32,000 nucleotides of DNA from Candidatus Iainarchaeum sp. (GTDB taxonomy: Archaea; Iainarchaeota; Iainarchaeia; Iainarchaeales; 0-14-0-20-34-12), in NCBI GenBank assembly GCA_030649345.1, contig JAUSKK010000016.1, positions 36,788 to 68,787 of the forward strand, written 5' to 3'. How positions within the stretch are numbered: position 1 is the stretch's first letter; every line of letters starts with the position of its first letter. The notes below the pieces were generated by a model. That model made no database searches and was not told the DNA's origin. It saw only the letters and a list, made by a program, of their open reading frames with translations. Below, one piece after another: positions 8,395-16,930 of the stretch. The position numbers and the translations under genes were made by a program.

Positions 8395-8423
8395 TTAGTT
8401 GTTCAGGTTCCCTAATATACTTA
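8387..8423. promoter_or_regulatory. Second interdigitated divergent promoter pair (28-bp gap)
   Basis: atatacattta (8387-8397) lies about 26-36 nt upstream of the + ATG at 8423 and overlaps the first codons of the minus gene. ctaatatactta (8412-8423) lies about 18-29 nt upstream of the minus ATG at 8394. Confidence 0.4.
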
Positions 8424-9580
8424 TGTCTAAAGAACAAAACTTAGTTCCGGCTTTAGAAATTCCGAATATTACTTTGGCTTTCTTGGTTCAAGAACTCCAG
8501 CCTCAATTATTGAATGCCTATGTCAACAAAATCCAACAAATGTCCAATCAAATTCTTAAATTCAAAATTCACACAAAAACCGGAGATCGCACTTTATTAA
8601 TTACATCCAATTCAATTTACTTTACCAATTATTCTACGCAAGCTAAACCCAATCCTACTTCATTTGCTTCTTTTTTAAACAAACACTTGTACAATGAACG
8701 CATTTTAAAATTTGAACAAATAACCAGCGAACGAATTATTGTACTTGAATTTCGTTCCTGTAAATTATATTGTGAATTGTTTGCGCAAGGAAACATTATT
8801 CTCACCGATTTAAACAATCAAATTTTGATGCCATTCAAACCCAAATCTTGGAGTGTACGTACTCTCCGAAAAGGAGAAACCTATCAATTGCCTCCAGCCC
8901 GCGGTTCCAATCCATTTACTGTTTCTGTCCAAGAATTTTCCAAAGCCATTCAAGCCAGTCCTAAAAATTTAGTTCAATCTTTAATTGCAACTGTCAATTT
9001 AGCTCCCGTAATTGCTGAACAAATTTGTGCGGATATAAAACTCGAAAAAACAATTCAACCCAATACTTTGACTTCCAAACAAATTCAATCCTTATTTCAT
9101 CAACTGCAATTTTATTACATCCAATCTTTGCAAAAAATACCCCAACCCAGCTTATTGGAAAACCCAACTAAAACTATTCTTTTACCTTATTCTTTGCCTT
9201 TACACGTTCAATTTGTATCCAAAGAATACACTTCTTTTACAGAAGCCTTGGATGAACTTAATTTAGGAAAAATTACTCAATCCAATCCTCAAGAAGTTGA
9301 AGAACAAAAAACTCAAACCAAAAAATTTTCAGAATTAGAATATTCCATTCAACAACAGCATGTTTTATTCAAAGAATGCGAAGAAAATGCTGTTCTGTAT
9401 GCTCAATTGGGCGAAAAAATTTATGAAAATTATTCAGCTTTGTCTGAAGTAATTTTATGGATTCAAGAAAATACAAACCCGAAAATAAATTCCCCTGAAA
9501 TTCTTGAAAAACTTAAGCAAAAATTTCCATTCATTCAAGAAATGGATCTCCGAAAAAAAGAATTAATTGTGGATCTATGA
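8423..9580 (+). CDS. NFACT-family protein (RqcH / Rqc2 / NEMF / FbpA-like), short form (385 aa)
   Basis: I use the ATG at 8423; the track start at 8399 is TTG and abuts the divergent gene. NFACT-N signature by eye: LVQELQPQLLNAYVNKIQQ, LLITSNSIYFTN, FASFLNKHLYNERILKFEQITSERIIVLEF, LYCELFAQGNIILTD. Only a coiled-coil-like region follows. Confidence 0.8.
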   Translation: MSKEQNLVPALEIPNITLAFLVQELQPQLLNAYVNKIQQMSNQILKFKIHTKTGDRTLLITSNSIYFTNYSTQAKPNPTSFASFLNKHLYNERILKFEQITSERIIVLEFRSCKLYCELFAQGNIILTDLNNQILMPFKPKSWSVRTLRKGETYQLPPARGSNPFTVSVQEFSKAIQASPKNLVQSLIATVNLAPVIAEQICADIKLEKTIQPNTLTSKQIQSLFHQLQFYYIQSLQKIPQPSLLENPTKTILLPYSLPLHVQFVSKEYTSFTEALDELNLGKITQSNPQEVEEQKTQTKKFSELEYSIQQQHVLFKECEENAVLYAQLGEKIYENYSALSEVILWIQENTNPKINSPEILEKLKQKFPFIQEMDLRKKELIVDL

Positions 9581-9652
9581 AATAAACTATTTTATTTTAA
9601 AATAATATTATTCCTAAAAAAATTATTGAAATGAACCAAAATTAAATTTGAA

Positions 9653-9688
9653 TTCAATATGTTGAATATTAACATTCAACATATTGAA
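9653..9688. terminator. Perfect 15-bp inverted repeat between convergent genes
   Basis: ttcaatatgttgaat (9653-9667), loop attaac, attcaacatattgaa (9674-9688). It lies between the stop at 9580 (+) and the stop at 9709 (-), in A/T-rich flanks. Confidence 0.45.
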
Positions 9689-9708
9689 CTATGCAAGCCT
9701 TTGTATAT

Positions 9709-9975
9709 TTACTCTAAAGGACCAGCTAATTCTCGTTCATCTACAATAAAAACATCGCTTACTGCTGTGACAGCCGAGTAAGGTACTTCAATGGTTTTAT
9801 CTCTTGGCTGAATTTTTTTCACAATCTTACTGGTGCGATCTACTTCAATTAAAAGTTTTTCAATTTCACCGGTTTTTTCGTTAATTAATAAATCGGTTAA
9901 TCTTCCCAATTCATCGCCCCTATTGGTTATGACTCTTTTTGCAGCTAATTGTCTTGCAATCGTATATTTGTACAT
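9709..9975 (-). CDS. PRC-barrel domain protein (88 aa)
   Basis: VITNRGDELGRLTDLLINEKTGEIEKLLIEV...IEVPYSAVTAVSDVFIVD matches the PRC-barrel pattern. GGGGTGA Shine-Dalgarno 5 nt upstream of the ATG. Confidence 0.85.
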   Translation of the reverse strand: MYKYTIARQLAAKRVITNRGDELGRLTDLLINEKTGEIEKLLIEVDRTSKIVKKIQPRDKTIEVPYSAVTAVSDVFIVDERELAGPLE

Positions 9976-10056
9976 TGCTTCACCCCAATATCTAGAAAGA
10001 ATCTTCTTTTTATAAACTTTTCTATCTTTGCTTCTACATAAGAACCAGGGATTGAT

Positions 10057-10407
10057 TTGGCTAAAGATTTAAGTGCAAAAGAAGGCTTTCCGCCTGTTAA
10101 AGAAAAAAAGCCTTCAAACCCTAAAGGTTTCCAAAAATACCTAGTTATGTTTGTAGTGTTTTTTGCAATAGGTATTGCAGTTCAACACTTTGTAATTGAA
10201 CCTATTTTAAATCCCCAACTATGGCAAGAATTGGATCAATTAAAACGAGATAAAGCCTTATTGAATGCAGAAAACAATTCTTGTCTTTCCGAAAAAGCTT
10301 TAACCTCTAACCAAGATCAAACCTGCCAAACTGAATTAAATGCCTGCAATGAACAAAGATTGCAAGTTCAGCAAGAATTAACGGATTGTACGCTCAATTC
10401 GCAATAA
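10057..10407 (+). CDS. Single-pass membrane protein with a coiled-coil, four-Cys ectodomain (116 aa from the TTG start, 86 aa from ATG 10147)
   Basis: TM helix YLVMFVVFFAIGIAVQHFVI. The C-terminal part is Q/E/L-rich with four Cys. ttttataaa lies about 46 nt upstream, with AGGGA before the TTG. The start codon is uncertain. Confidence 0.55.
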   Translation: MAKDLSAKEGFPPVKEKKPSNPKGFQKYLVMFVVFFAIGIAVQHFVIEPILNPQLWQELDQLKRDKALLNAENNSCLSEKALTSNQDQTCQTELNACNEQRLQVQQELTDCTLNSQ

Positions 10408-10446
10408 CCAGCTTGTTTAAAAATTTTCTCTAGCCTAATTCTTTTA

Positions 10447-13400
10447 ATGGCTAAGAGAGTTGCGTTGCGCACAGTTCTATGCATAGCATTATTTTTCTTT
10501 AGCTTAGGCTGTTTGGACCAAAAAAATTTTGCAAAAAACCAACAGCTCTGTTACCAAGTGTCTGTTCTATCTTCACCCAATATTCCTTCATGCACTTCCC
10601 AATCTGCTTGTTTTGAAAAAGTTAATTCTTCTATTTTAAACTTTGATTACTCTGCATTTGATTTACAAATTACTCAAAAATTTTTTGAATACAAAAACCA
10701 GCTGGCTTTATCTTGGCATTATTTTAATCAATCCAAAAACGAATTTGAAAAACTTCAAACCCTGTGCCAATCTGCAGACTTTCAATCTCTGCCAGAACAA
10801 TTAACTCAAATTAGTTTTTACTTAAATCAAGCATTTGAATCTGCCTTGAAAACCAATCGCATTTCTTTTGAAATCATTGCCTTGGAAGCATTCCTTTTAG
10901 AACAACAACACATTGACTTAATTCCAGAAAGCAACCTGCACATACACTACACTATTTTATTGGATAATTTAAATCAAGCTCATTCTCAAATAATTATTCC
11001 CAATTCCTATTACCAAAATTATTCGCAAGCCCTTCAAGAGTTTGAAAATTTTGCACAACTCCAAGGCTTCCAATCTTTTATTGCAGAACCTGTTACTTTT
11101 TTAGATTTATTCCATATTTCGAGTCAGCGTTTTCCCAGTAAACTAAATTCTGAAGAACCTTTCTTTTTTCCAACTCTTAAAACATATGTTCCAAAAGTGT
11201 TCAATTTTGCCTATCAATCCCAGCGCATTCAGGATTCAACTACTTTCCTTCAGCAGCTTCAATCCTTTGATTTAATTCAAAAATATTCACAAATCGCAGC
11301 AGTCCAAAATTCTGTGCCCTCCCAGTTTTCAATTCTTTTTTCCACTCTGGCGTATGAAAAATCTTTTACAATTTCGCAAAATCAAACTCAGTTTAAAATT
11401 CTCCAAACTAAATTAAACGGTCTTGAACTGCGCTGGCAGTCGTTTCAAGAACTAGACTTTAATCGAACATTTCCTGTTCTGTTTTCCTCCATAAATTCAA
11501 AATTGATTCAGCTCCAAGACAAAATTATGCGAAAACGAATTACTTTCGGTGAAGCTTCCAAAATTATTTCCAATTTATCCAGTAATCTTTCCGGAATAGA
11601 TCAAAAACTTTCTTTTTGGTCTTCCGCGATCCAACAAGAACTTTCCAATTGTTCGGAGATTCCCAAAAATGTTTCGCTTAAAGAAAAACTTTGGATTTGC
11701 AGAAATCCACCCAAACCTTTGCTGGAAGTGTCTAAACAATCTATGCATTGCTTAAACGATTGGAATTTACTGCAAAACATTGACTGGATTCAACGCAAAC
11801 TTGATTTAGATTTCAAAACAATTTCCTATTCTGGCTGTCCGCAAACACTTTTTTTGCGTTTAACTCAAATTCATTCTTGGCCGGAAATTCAAAATCTACT
11901 TTTAATTCGAACAGAATTTTTAACCTTATTAGAACAAACGCAACCACTCCGGCCTTTTCTTTCGGAAACACTGCGTATGCGATTTCAAGCACTTGAAAAA
12001 AAAACTTCAGAATTTGAAGTTAATTTTTTTGAAAATAAAATTTCCATTCAAGGTCTTCAAATTTTTTCAACACTTCCTTCTCTTCTGTTGAAACTCCACC
12101 AAGAACTTTTAGATTTGTCTGCAGAAAGTTTAGCATACTATTTTTCTCAAAATCCAATCTTGGAATTTTCTCCAACATACACTCAAGGTAAACTTAAATT
12201 TGAAAACTCTTTTTTTGATTTAAATTATCCAGTTCAATTTTCCATTCCTTGGCCTTTGTCCATTTTAGATTTAGATTTAAATTCTATGAATTCCAGTAAA
12301 ATTCAAATCAGCAAAGATCATTCTAAAATTACGTTTATTTTTCCCCAAATTTCCATGGGAACGTTATCCATTCCTTTTTTTGGAAATACGTCAGCATTTT
12401 TTTCCGAAAATGTGTCTTTTTTGAAAATAACTTCAGAAGAACTCTTGATGAAAAATCAATTAAAAATCCATCAAACCATTCAGCCAGCTAATTTTTTGGT
12501 TGCACTTTCCAATTTTGATTTATCCATAAATCAAGTATTTGTTTTCTTTAATCAATCCAGTATTCCAGCTTACGCTGAAAATAATTCTTTAAAATTTTCA
12601 CTTCCAGTGGTTTCTGCTCAAGATACTTTAGAAATCTTATATTCTTTAAATCAGCCAATACTCGTAACTATTCAATCGCAACAAAACATTCCGGAAAATA
12701 CCCCAAAGTTTACTCAAATTTTGACTTTTTCTGTTCAAAACAAAAGTTCTACTGAATTTTCGAATATTCAAATTACTCTGCCATTTTCTTCCAATCCGTT
12801 CATTGAATCCATTTCTGCTTTTTCTGAAAACGAAAAAATTCCAGTGCAAATGCATTCAGATAGTCTTTCCATTATTTTTCCAAAACTTTATCCTAAAGCG
12901 CAAGCTGTTTTTTCTGTAAATTTGGACATCGAAAACCGTTCTCAATTTTTTCAAGCACGCATAACTGAACTCGAAGAAAAATCACTCCAGCTTCAAAATC
13001 CAGAAATGTATTCTATGCAAATACTGGCATTTAAACAAAAACAAGGATTGTCTGAAGATTTTGACCAATTATTGGCATTGGAAAAACAAATTCAAATTTC
13101 TCTGGAAACCGAAATTAAAAATCAAGAATTTTTAGATCAATTTCGTTTTAAAGAAAATTTGTTTTTAATCCAGCAAAAAAATTTGACTCATGACTTTAAT
13201 TTACTGAACCAGTCTTTACCGATTGAGTTTCAGCAAGCTCAGCAATTCTATCAAGACGCACGCTCCAGTTTAAATTCTGATCCAGTTCAATCTATGCGCT
13301 GGCTAACCCAAGCTCAAATAACTTTAAATAAAATAAATTTTGAAACCTACTTTAAGTCAACTCAGCAGGTATTGGAAGAAAAATTTCTGGAATTAAAACA

Positions 13401-14256
13401 AGTCCACGAATTTCTTGCAAGTCTGAATATTTTAGATTCCAGTGAAACAACATTGTTTTTTTCTCTTCAAGACAAAATCCAATTCATTTCTTCTGTTCAA
13501 ATCATTCAATCTTCTTTTTACGATGTATTTAAAGAATTTTTTTCCAACTCTCAAGACTTGAATTTAACCCAAATACGTTTGCTGAAAACAGCTCAAGCTC
13601 ATGCTGGGACTGAAATTAAAAAATTTCGTACTCTGCTGGAGTTTCCAGAATTACCTAAACTTAAAGCAGAACTGGAAGCTGTTCAGTCTCATTCTTGGTT
13701 GTCGGATTATTATTTTCCTTTGTTAACTCTTAAAGATTTAGATTTAATGCAAACCACTATAGACAAAATTATTCAAAGTTCTTTGTTTTCCAAATTGGAA
13801 TCTTTTGAAAATGATCTTGAAACCAATATGCTGCAAGCCTTGAAAGCTTTTCATAAAATTGAACCAGAATTAATTCAAAAAATTCAATTAATGGAGTCAT
13901 TTCAATTTTCGCTGCGTTCTTTTTCTGCAGAATTGCAAAAAGACGCTATGCTTTTTTATGAAAAAGCTCAAGCAACAGGATTAGATACTGCTGAATTCAA
14001 AACTGCTTTAGATAAAGCCAAACGCTTAATTGAAAATAAAAATTACTTGAAATCTATTTCCATTACAGGTTTACTAACTACAGTTCCATCTTCTTCTGTT
14101 TTTCCCATTCATTGGGTTTTATTATTTTGCGTTTTATTGATTACCTCATTTTTAGGATATAAAAAAATAACGCAACCCAAACTTAAAAAAAGAAAACGCA
14201 AATTGCGTTCTTTACTTTCGAGTCCAAAGAACAATCAAGATAGCCAAAGCCACTAA
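10447..14256 (+). CDS. Giant surface protein (1269 aa): signal peptide, long Q/L/F/S-rich helical regions, central beta-rich region, C-terminal TM anchor with a poly-basic tail
   Basis: N-terminus MAKRVALRTVLCIALFFFSLGC is a signal with a Cys at its end. I hand-counted about 19 N-x-S/T sequons. The central segment (FSVQNKSSTEFSNIQITLPF...) looks like a beta-sandwich. The C-terminus is VLLFCVLLITSFLGYKKITQPKLKKRKRK. No family recognised. Confidence 0.85.
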   Translation: MAKRVALRTVLCIALFFFSLGCLDQKNFAKNQQLCYQVSVLSSPNIPSCTSQSACFEKVNSSILNFDYSAFDLQITQKFFEYKNQLALSWHYFNQSKNEFEKLQTLCQSADFQSLPEQLTQISFYLNQAFESALKTNRISFEIIALEAFLLEQQHIDLIPESNLHIHYTILLDNLNQAHSQIIIPNSYYQNYSQALQEFENFAQLQGFQSFIAEPVTFLDLFHISSQRFPSKLNSEEPFFFPTLKTYVPKVFNFAYQSQRIQDSTTFLQQLQSFDLIQKYSQIAAVQNSVPSQFSILFSTLAYEKSFTISQNQTQFKILQTKLNGLELRWQSFQELDFNRTFPVLFSSINSKLIQLQDKIMRKRITFGEASKIISNLSSNLSGIDQKLSFWSSAIQQELSNCSEIPKNVSLKEKLWICRNPPKPLLEVSKQSMHCLNDWNLLQNIDWIQRKLDLDFKTISYSGCPQTLFLRLTQIHSWPEIQNLLLIRTEFLTLLEQTQPLRPFLSETLRMRFQALEKKTSEFEVNFFENKISIQGLQIFSTLPSLLLKLHQELLDLSAESLAYYFSQNPILEFSPTYTQGKLKFENSFFDLNYPVQFSIPWPLSILDLDLNSMNSSKIQISKDHSKITFIFPQISMGTLSIPFFGNTSAFFSENVSFLKITSEELLMKNQLKIHQTIQPANFLVALSNFDLSINQVFVFFNQSSIPAYAENNSLKFSLPVVSAQDTLEILYSLNQPILVTIQSQQNIPENTPKFTQILTFSVQNKSSTEFSNIQITLPFSSNPFIESISAFSENEKIPVQMHSDSLSIIFPKLYPKAQAVFSVNLDIENRSQFFQARITELEEKSLQLQNPEMYSMQILAFKQKQGLSEDFDQLLALEKQIQISLETEIKNQEFLDQFRFKENLFLIQQKNLTHDFNLLNQSLPIEFQQAQQFYQDARSSLNSDPVQSMRWLTQAQITLNKINFETYFKSTQQVLEEKFLELKQVHEFLASLNILDSSETTLFFSLQDKIQFISSVQIIQSSFYDVFKEFFSNSQDLNLTQIRLLKTAQAHAGTEIKKFRTLLEFPELPKLKAELEAVQSHSWLSDYYFPLLTLKDLDLMQTTIDKIIQSSLFSKLESFENDLETNMLQALKAFHKIEPELIQKIQLMESFQFSLRSFSAELQKDAMLFYEKAQATGLDTAEFKTALDKAKRLIENKNYLKSISITGLLTTVPSSSVFPIHWVLLFCVLLITSFLGYKKITQPKLKKRKRKLRSLLSSPKNNQDSQSH

Positions 14257-15432
14257 ACCCAAAATTGCACCCTGCATTAATAAAAGAGCTGTGGTATTTT
14301 CTCGGAATCCAATGCTTACTGGTTCACAGGCCGCTAAAACTTTCTCGTTTTCAGTAATTTGGCAGCCTACTTGATAGTTTCCAGTTTGAGTACTGCTGGC
14401 TGTGAATACAATTTCTTTTTCTTCGCCTACATTCATGCGGTTAATATTCACTATTGCATTCCGATCCAATTTTAAATTTTCGTTGTCTTGAATTAATTCA
14501 AATTTTAAATCAAATAAAGGCTGGGTTGAATTGTTTCGAATAACTGCTTTAATTTCTGTATTTTCTGAAGTATTTAAAACTGCCTGCGTAACCAGCAGTC
14601 CGGAAGTTACTTCTATTTTTTCCACAATTTGCAATAAAATATAATTGGAATGCAATTCTTGCTGTTCTTCAAACACATTGGTGTACAATAAAATAGCTGG
14701 AACAAATCCAATCAAATCATGCTGAGAATTTAATTTGGCAGTATACGTAAATGTTTTGCTTCCTTTAGCTGGAATCACTGCGTTTTCATAATACGTGTCT
14801 CCAACCACAGTTAAATCATGCAAGTATTCTTCAGCTACTGGTCGTGCAAAATTTACGTCTACAACAGCATCCTGGCTGCCTGTATTGGTTACTGTAATTT
14901 CAATAGGAATATCTTCTCCCACAAAATACTTTCCATTTTCTGTACTTTGCGTAAAATTCACAGTTTGAATAATGGGTGTTTTATAAAATCCAATTTTTGA
15001 AGACTCCAATAAAACAGCTTTCGTAATACTGTCGCTGGTGCTCAAACATATTTCTAAAGTATTTTCTTCTTGAATTGCGTTTTGGTCTGCCCAAACTCTT
15101 AAAGTACAAGCTGAATCTTCGGAACAATTCATTAATTCGTTGCTGGTTTGTACATTCATTAATTCAATATTATTTAATTTTACTTTTATTGTTCCAGTTC
15201 CTTGACGGGTTGGAGTAAATACTGTATTCAAAGAAAATACAGGATAAAAATCCGCGTCCAAATTTTGACTTAAAAAAGAAACTTCCAAACAATCGGAAAG
15301 ATTTTTTCCATCGATCACTAAATCAGAATATCCTTTTTCTTCAAATGAAGTTTCAGAAAAATCAATCTGAGCACTAACCAGGCCACTTAAACTAATTAAA
15401 CATAACAAAAAAACAATAAATTTTCTATTCAT
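14212..15432 (-). CDS. Surface protein with two CARDB/DUF11-like beta-sandwich domains and a C-terminal TM anchor (406 aa)
   Basis: Signal MNRKFIVFLLCLISLSGLVSA. IEITVTNTGSQDAVVDVNF and IKAVIRNNSTQPLFDLKFEL resemble CARDB-type repeats. The C-terminus is GAILGLVALAILIVLWTRK. GGGGCA Shine-Dalgarno. The 3' end overlaps the 1269-aa gene by 45 bp. Confidence 0.85.
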   Translation of the reverse strand: MNRKFIVFLLCLISLSGLVSAQIDFSETSFEEKGYSDLVIDGKNLSDCLEVSFLSQNLDADFYPVFSLNTVFTPTRQGTGTIKVKLNNIELMNVQTSNELMNCSEDSACTLRVWADQNAIQEENTLEICLSTSDSITKAVLLESSKIGFYKTPIIQTVNFTQSTENGKYFVGEDIPIEITVTNTGSQDAVVDVNFARPVAEEYLHDLTVVGDTYYENAVIPAKGSKTFTYTAKLNSQHDLIGFVPAILLYTNVFEEQQELHSNYILLQIVEKIEVTSGLLVTQAVLNTSENTEIKAVIRNNSTQPLFDLKFELIQDNENLKLDRNAIVNINRMNVGEEKEIVFTASSTQTGNYQVGCQITENEKVLAACEPVSIGFRENTTALLLMQGAILGLVALAILIVLWTRK

Positions 15433-15453
15433 TCTAAATTGCCCCTTGGAATT

Positions 15454-15954
15454 TTAAAAGCTTTTCAAGAGCTTTTGTTTCCCCAATACTAATAGTATTT
15501 TACCAAGCGTTTCTTTTATACTATTATTGTTTTGCACGCAAACAACCTTTTTGGTGCCATATTTTCGTAAAGCATGCTTTTTACAATACTCTATGCCTTC
15601 ACAAAAAACATTGTCCAATAATTTTTCCATTTTATACTGTTTGTATTCTAGTCTTTGCTCTAATAACTCTGGATGAACTTGCAAGACAATCGCTAAATCT
15701 ACAGGTAACTTAATTTCGCAAACCATATGCCCTTCAATTACATAGTTTTTCAAGCCTTTAACCTGTTTTTCCAAAGCTTTCTTGAGTTTAGGCAAAGGAA
15801 CTACTAACTCATTTTCTACAGTATCCCAGTGTCCAATATTTTGTTTTACAGATACTTCCATTTCATTAAAGTATTTGAGTTTCAGTTCTTTAGCTAAAGC
15901 TCGAGCAATAGTTGTTTTTCCTGTGCCTGGAGTTCCAGTAATTAAAAGACGCAT
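15454..15954 (-). CDS. Fap7 / adenylate kinase isoenzyme 6-like NTPase
   Basis: MRLLITGTPGTGKTTIARALA P-loop right at the N-terminus. 166 aa, the size and layout of archaeal Fap7-type kinases. Confidence 0.85.
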   Translation of the reverse strand: MRLLITGTPGTGKTTIARALAKELKLKYFNEMEVSVKQNIGHWDTVENELVVPLPKLKKALEKQVKGLKNYVIEGHMVCEIKLPVDLAIVLQVHPELLEQRLEYKQYKMEKLLDNVFCEGIEYCKKHALRKYGTKKVVCVQNNNSIKETLGKILLVLGKQKLLKSF

Positions 15955-16012
15955 ATTGAATTAATTAAAGAAGGAATTAAAGAACAAATGGCTATTGCCT
16001 AAACTCTAGGTA

Positions 16013-16396
16013 TTATTTGCGAGTTTTCTTTCGACTGCCTGGGCCATATTTTGGATTCCAGTCTGCTTGTGTTGAAAGGCTTCCCTGAGTTAATCTTTCA
16101 CTTTTTTCTCTAACCTCTTCATAAGAAAGTGGTTTTTTACCACGGCTAACCAAGCGACCCTTTTCTAATTTAAGTTCATGTGGTTTAAGAAAACGATCAA
16201 AAGCTCTCAAATCAGATGCACGCTCAGCAGGTCCTGTGTGTGTAGTAAAACGATTTCCTTTATTTCTTACTGATATATAATGAACCTGAGCCGAAACTCT
16301 GCCTCCACTAGTTCCACGGTCTGTAATTGTTGCACTCAAACGTCCGCCTGCTTTTCTTCTATTTGCAGTTGGTTTTTTTCTAAGTAAAGGTTTCAT
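16013..16396 (-). CDS. Basic hypothetical protein (127 aa), possibly a truncated third member of the paralog A/B family
   Basis: I use the ATG at 16396, preceded by AGGTGA; the track start at 16405 is a GTG lying inside that Shine-Dalgarno sequence. KAGGRLS, GTSGGR, KGNRFTTHTGPAER, DRFLKPHELKLEKGR line up by eye with LLGGRKK, LGGDDG, KGKHTIHLAEKEY, QTFLPKKLF..LKLEKGK of paralog B. Confidence 0.65.
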   Translation of the reverse strand: MKPLLRKKPTANRRKAGGRLSATITDRGTSGGRVSAQVHYISVRNKGNRFTTHTGPAERASDLRAFDRFLKPHELKLEKGRLVSRGKKPLSYEEVREKSERLTQGSLSTQADWNPKYGPGSRKKTRK

Positions 16397-16496
16397 AAGT
16401 TTCACCTAAATACAATGCCTTAATTAGATTTAATTCTAACTTTTTCGAAACTAATAGGGGCTTGGTAGGGGGGAATATGGGGTGAATAGCAAAACA

Positions 16497-16610
16497 TTAA
16501 TTTTTAGTAAAGGCTAGTTTATTGTCTTGTAGGACAAAGCCGCCTTTTTCTAAAATTTCAACTAGTTTTAGGGCTCTTTCTTGACTGATTTTGCCATGCA
16601 TTTCATTCAT
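16497..16610 (-). CDS. Candidate small ORF (37 aa), below the track length cut-off
   Basis: The reverse complement reads ATG AAT GAA ATG CAT GGC ... AAT TAA, which translates to MNEMHGKISQERALKLVEILEKGGFVLQDNKLAFTKN. GGTGTGAGGGGG lies 6 nt upstream and a TATA-like gatatataaa about 45 nt upstream. It could instead be a relic of a winged-helix regulator. Confidence 0.35.
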   Translation of the reverse strand: MNEMHGKISQERALKLVEILEKGGFVLQDNKLAFTKN

Positions 16611-16930
16611 TCTTTTCCCCCTCACACCTTCTACAATATATTCTAACTCCTTTATATATCTACCGTTTAACAGAGCCTAAATTAACCCTCTTTTTGTTAA
16701 TTAATAACTATATTTGGTTATTTTGCAAAATAGAGCTTAAAATAGCCTTATTTTTTATGTATATTTGCAAAATTAGAAAAAAATAATTTTTTAAAAAAAA
16801 TAAAAAGTTTGGGCGTTATGTATATGTACTTTATTTTGCGTTTTTAGGCACTTTTGTTTAGTTCTAATTTTTTGACTTATTTTTTTCAAATCCAAAACCT
16901 ATTTATACTTCTAATTCAATTATTTATTTT

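Noticed and set aside
16457-16482. G-quadruplex in the G4-G6-G4 tract cluster
   Set aside because: There are only three G-runs of three or more. The G6 run cannot supply two tracts with a loop, so a canonical four-tract G3+ quadruplex is not supported. I kept it only as a compositional oddity.
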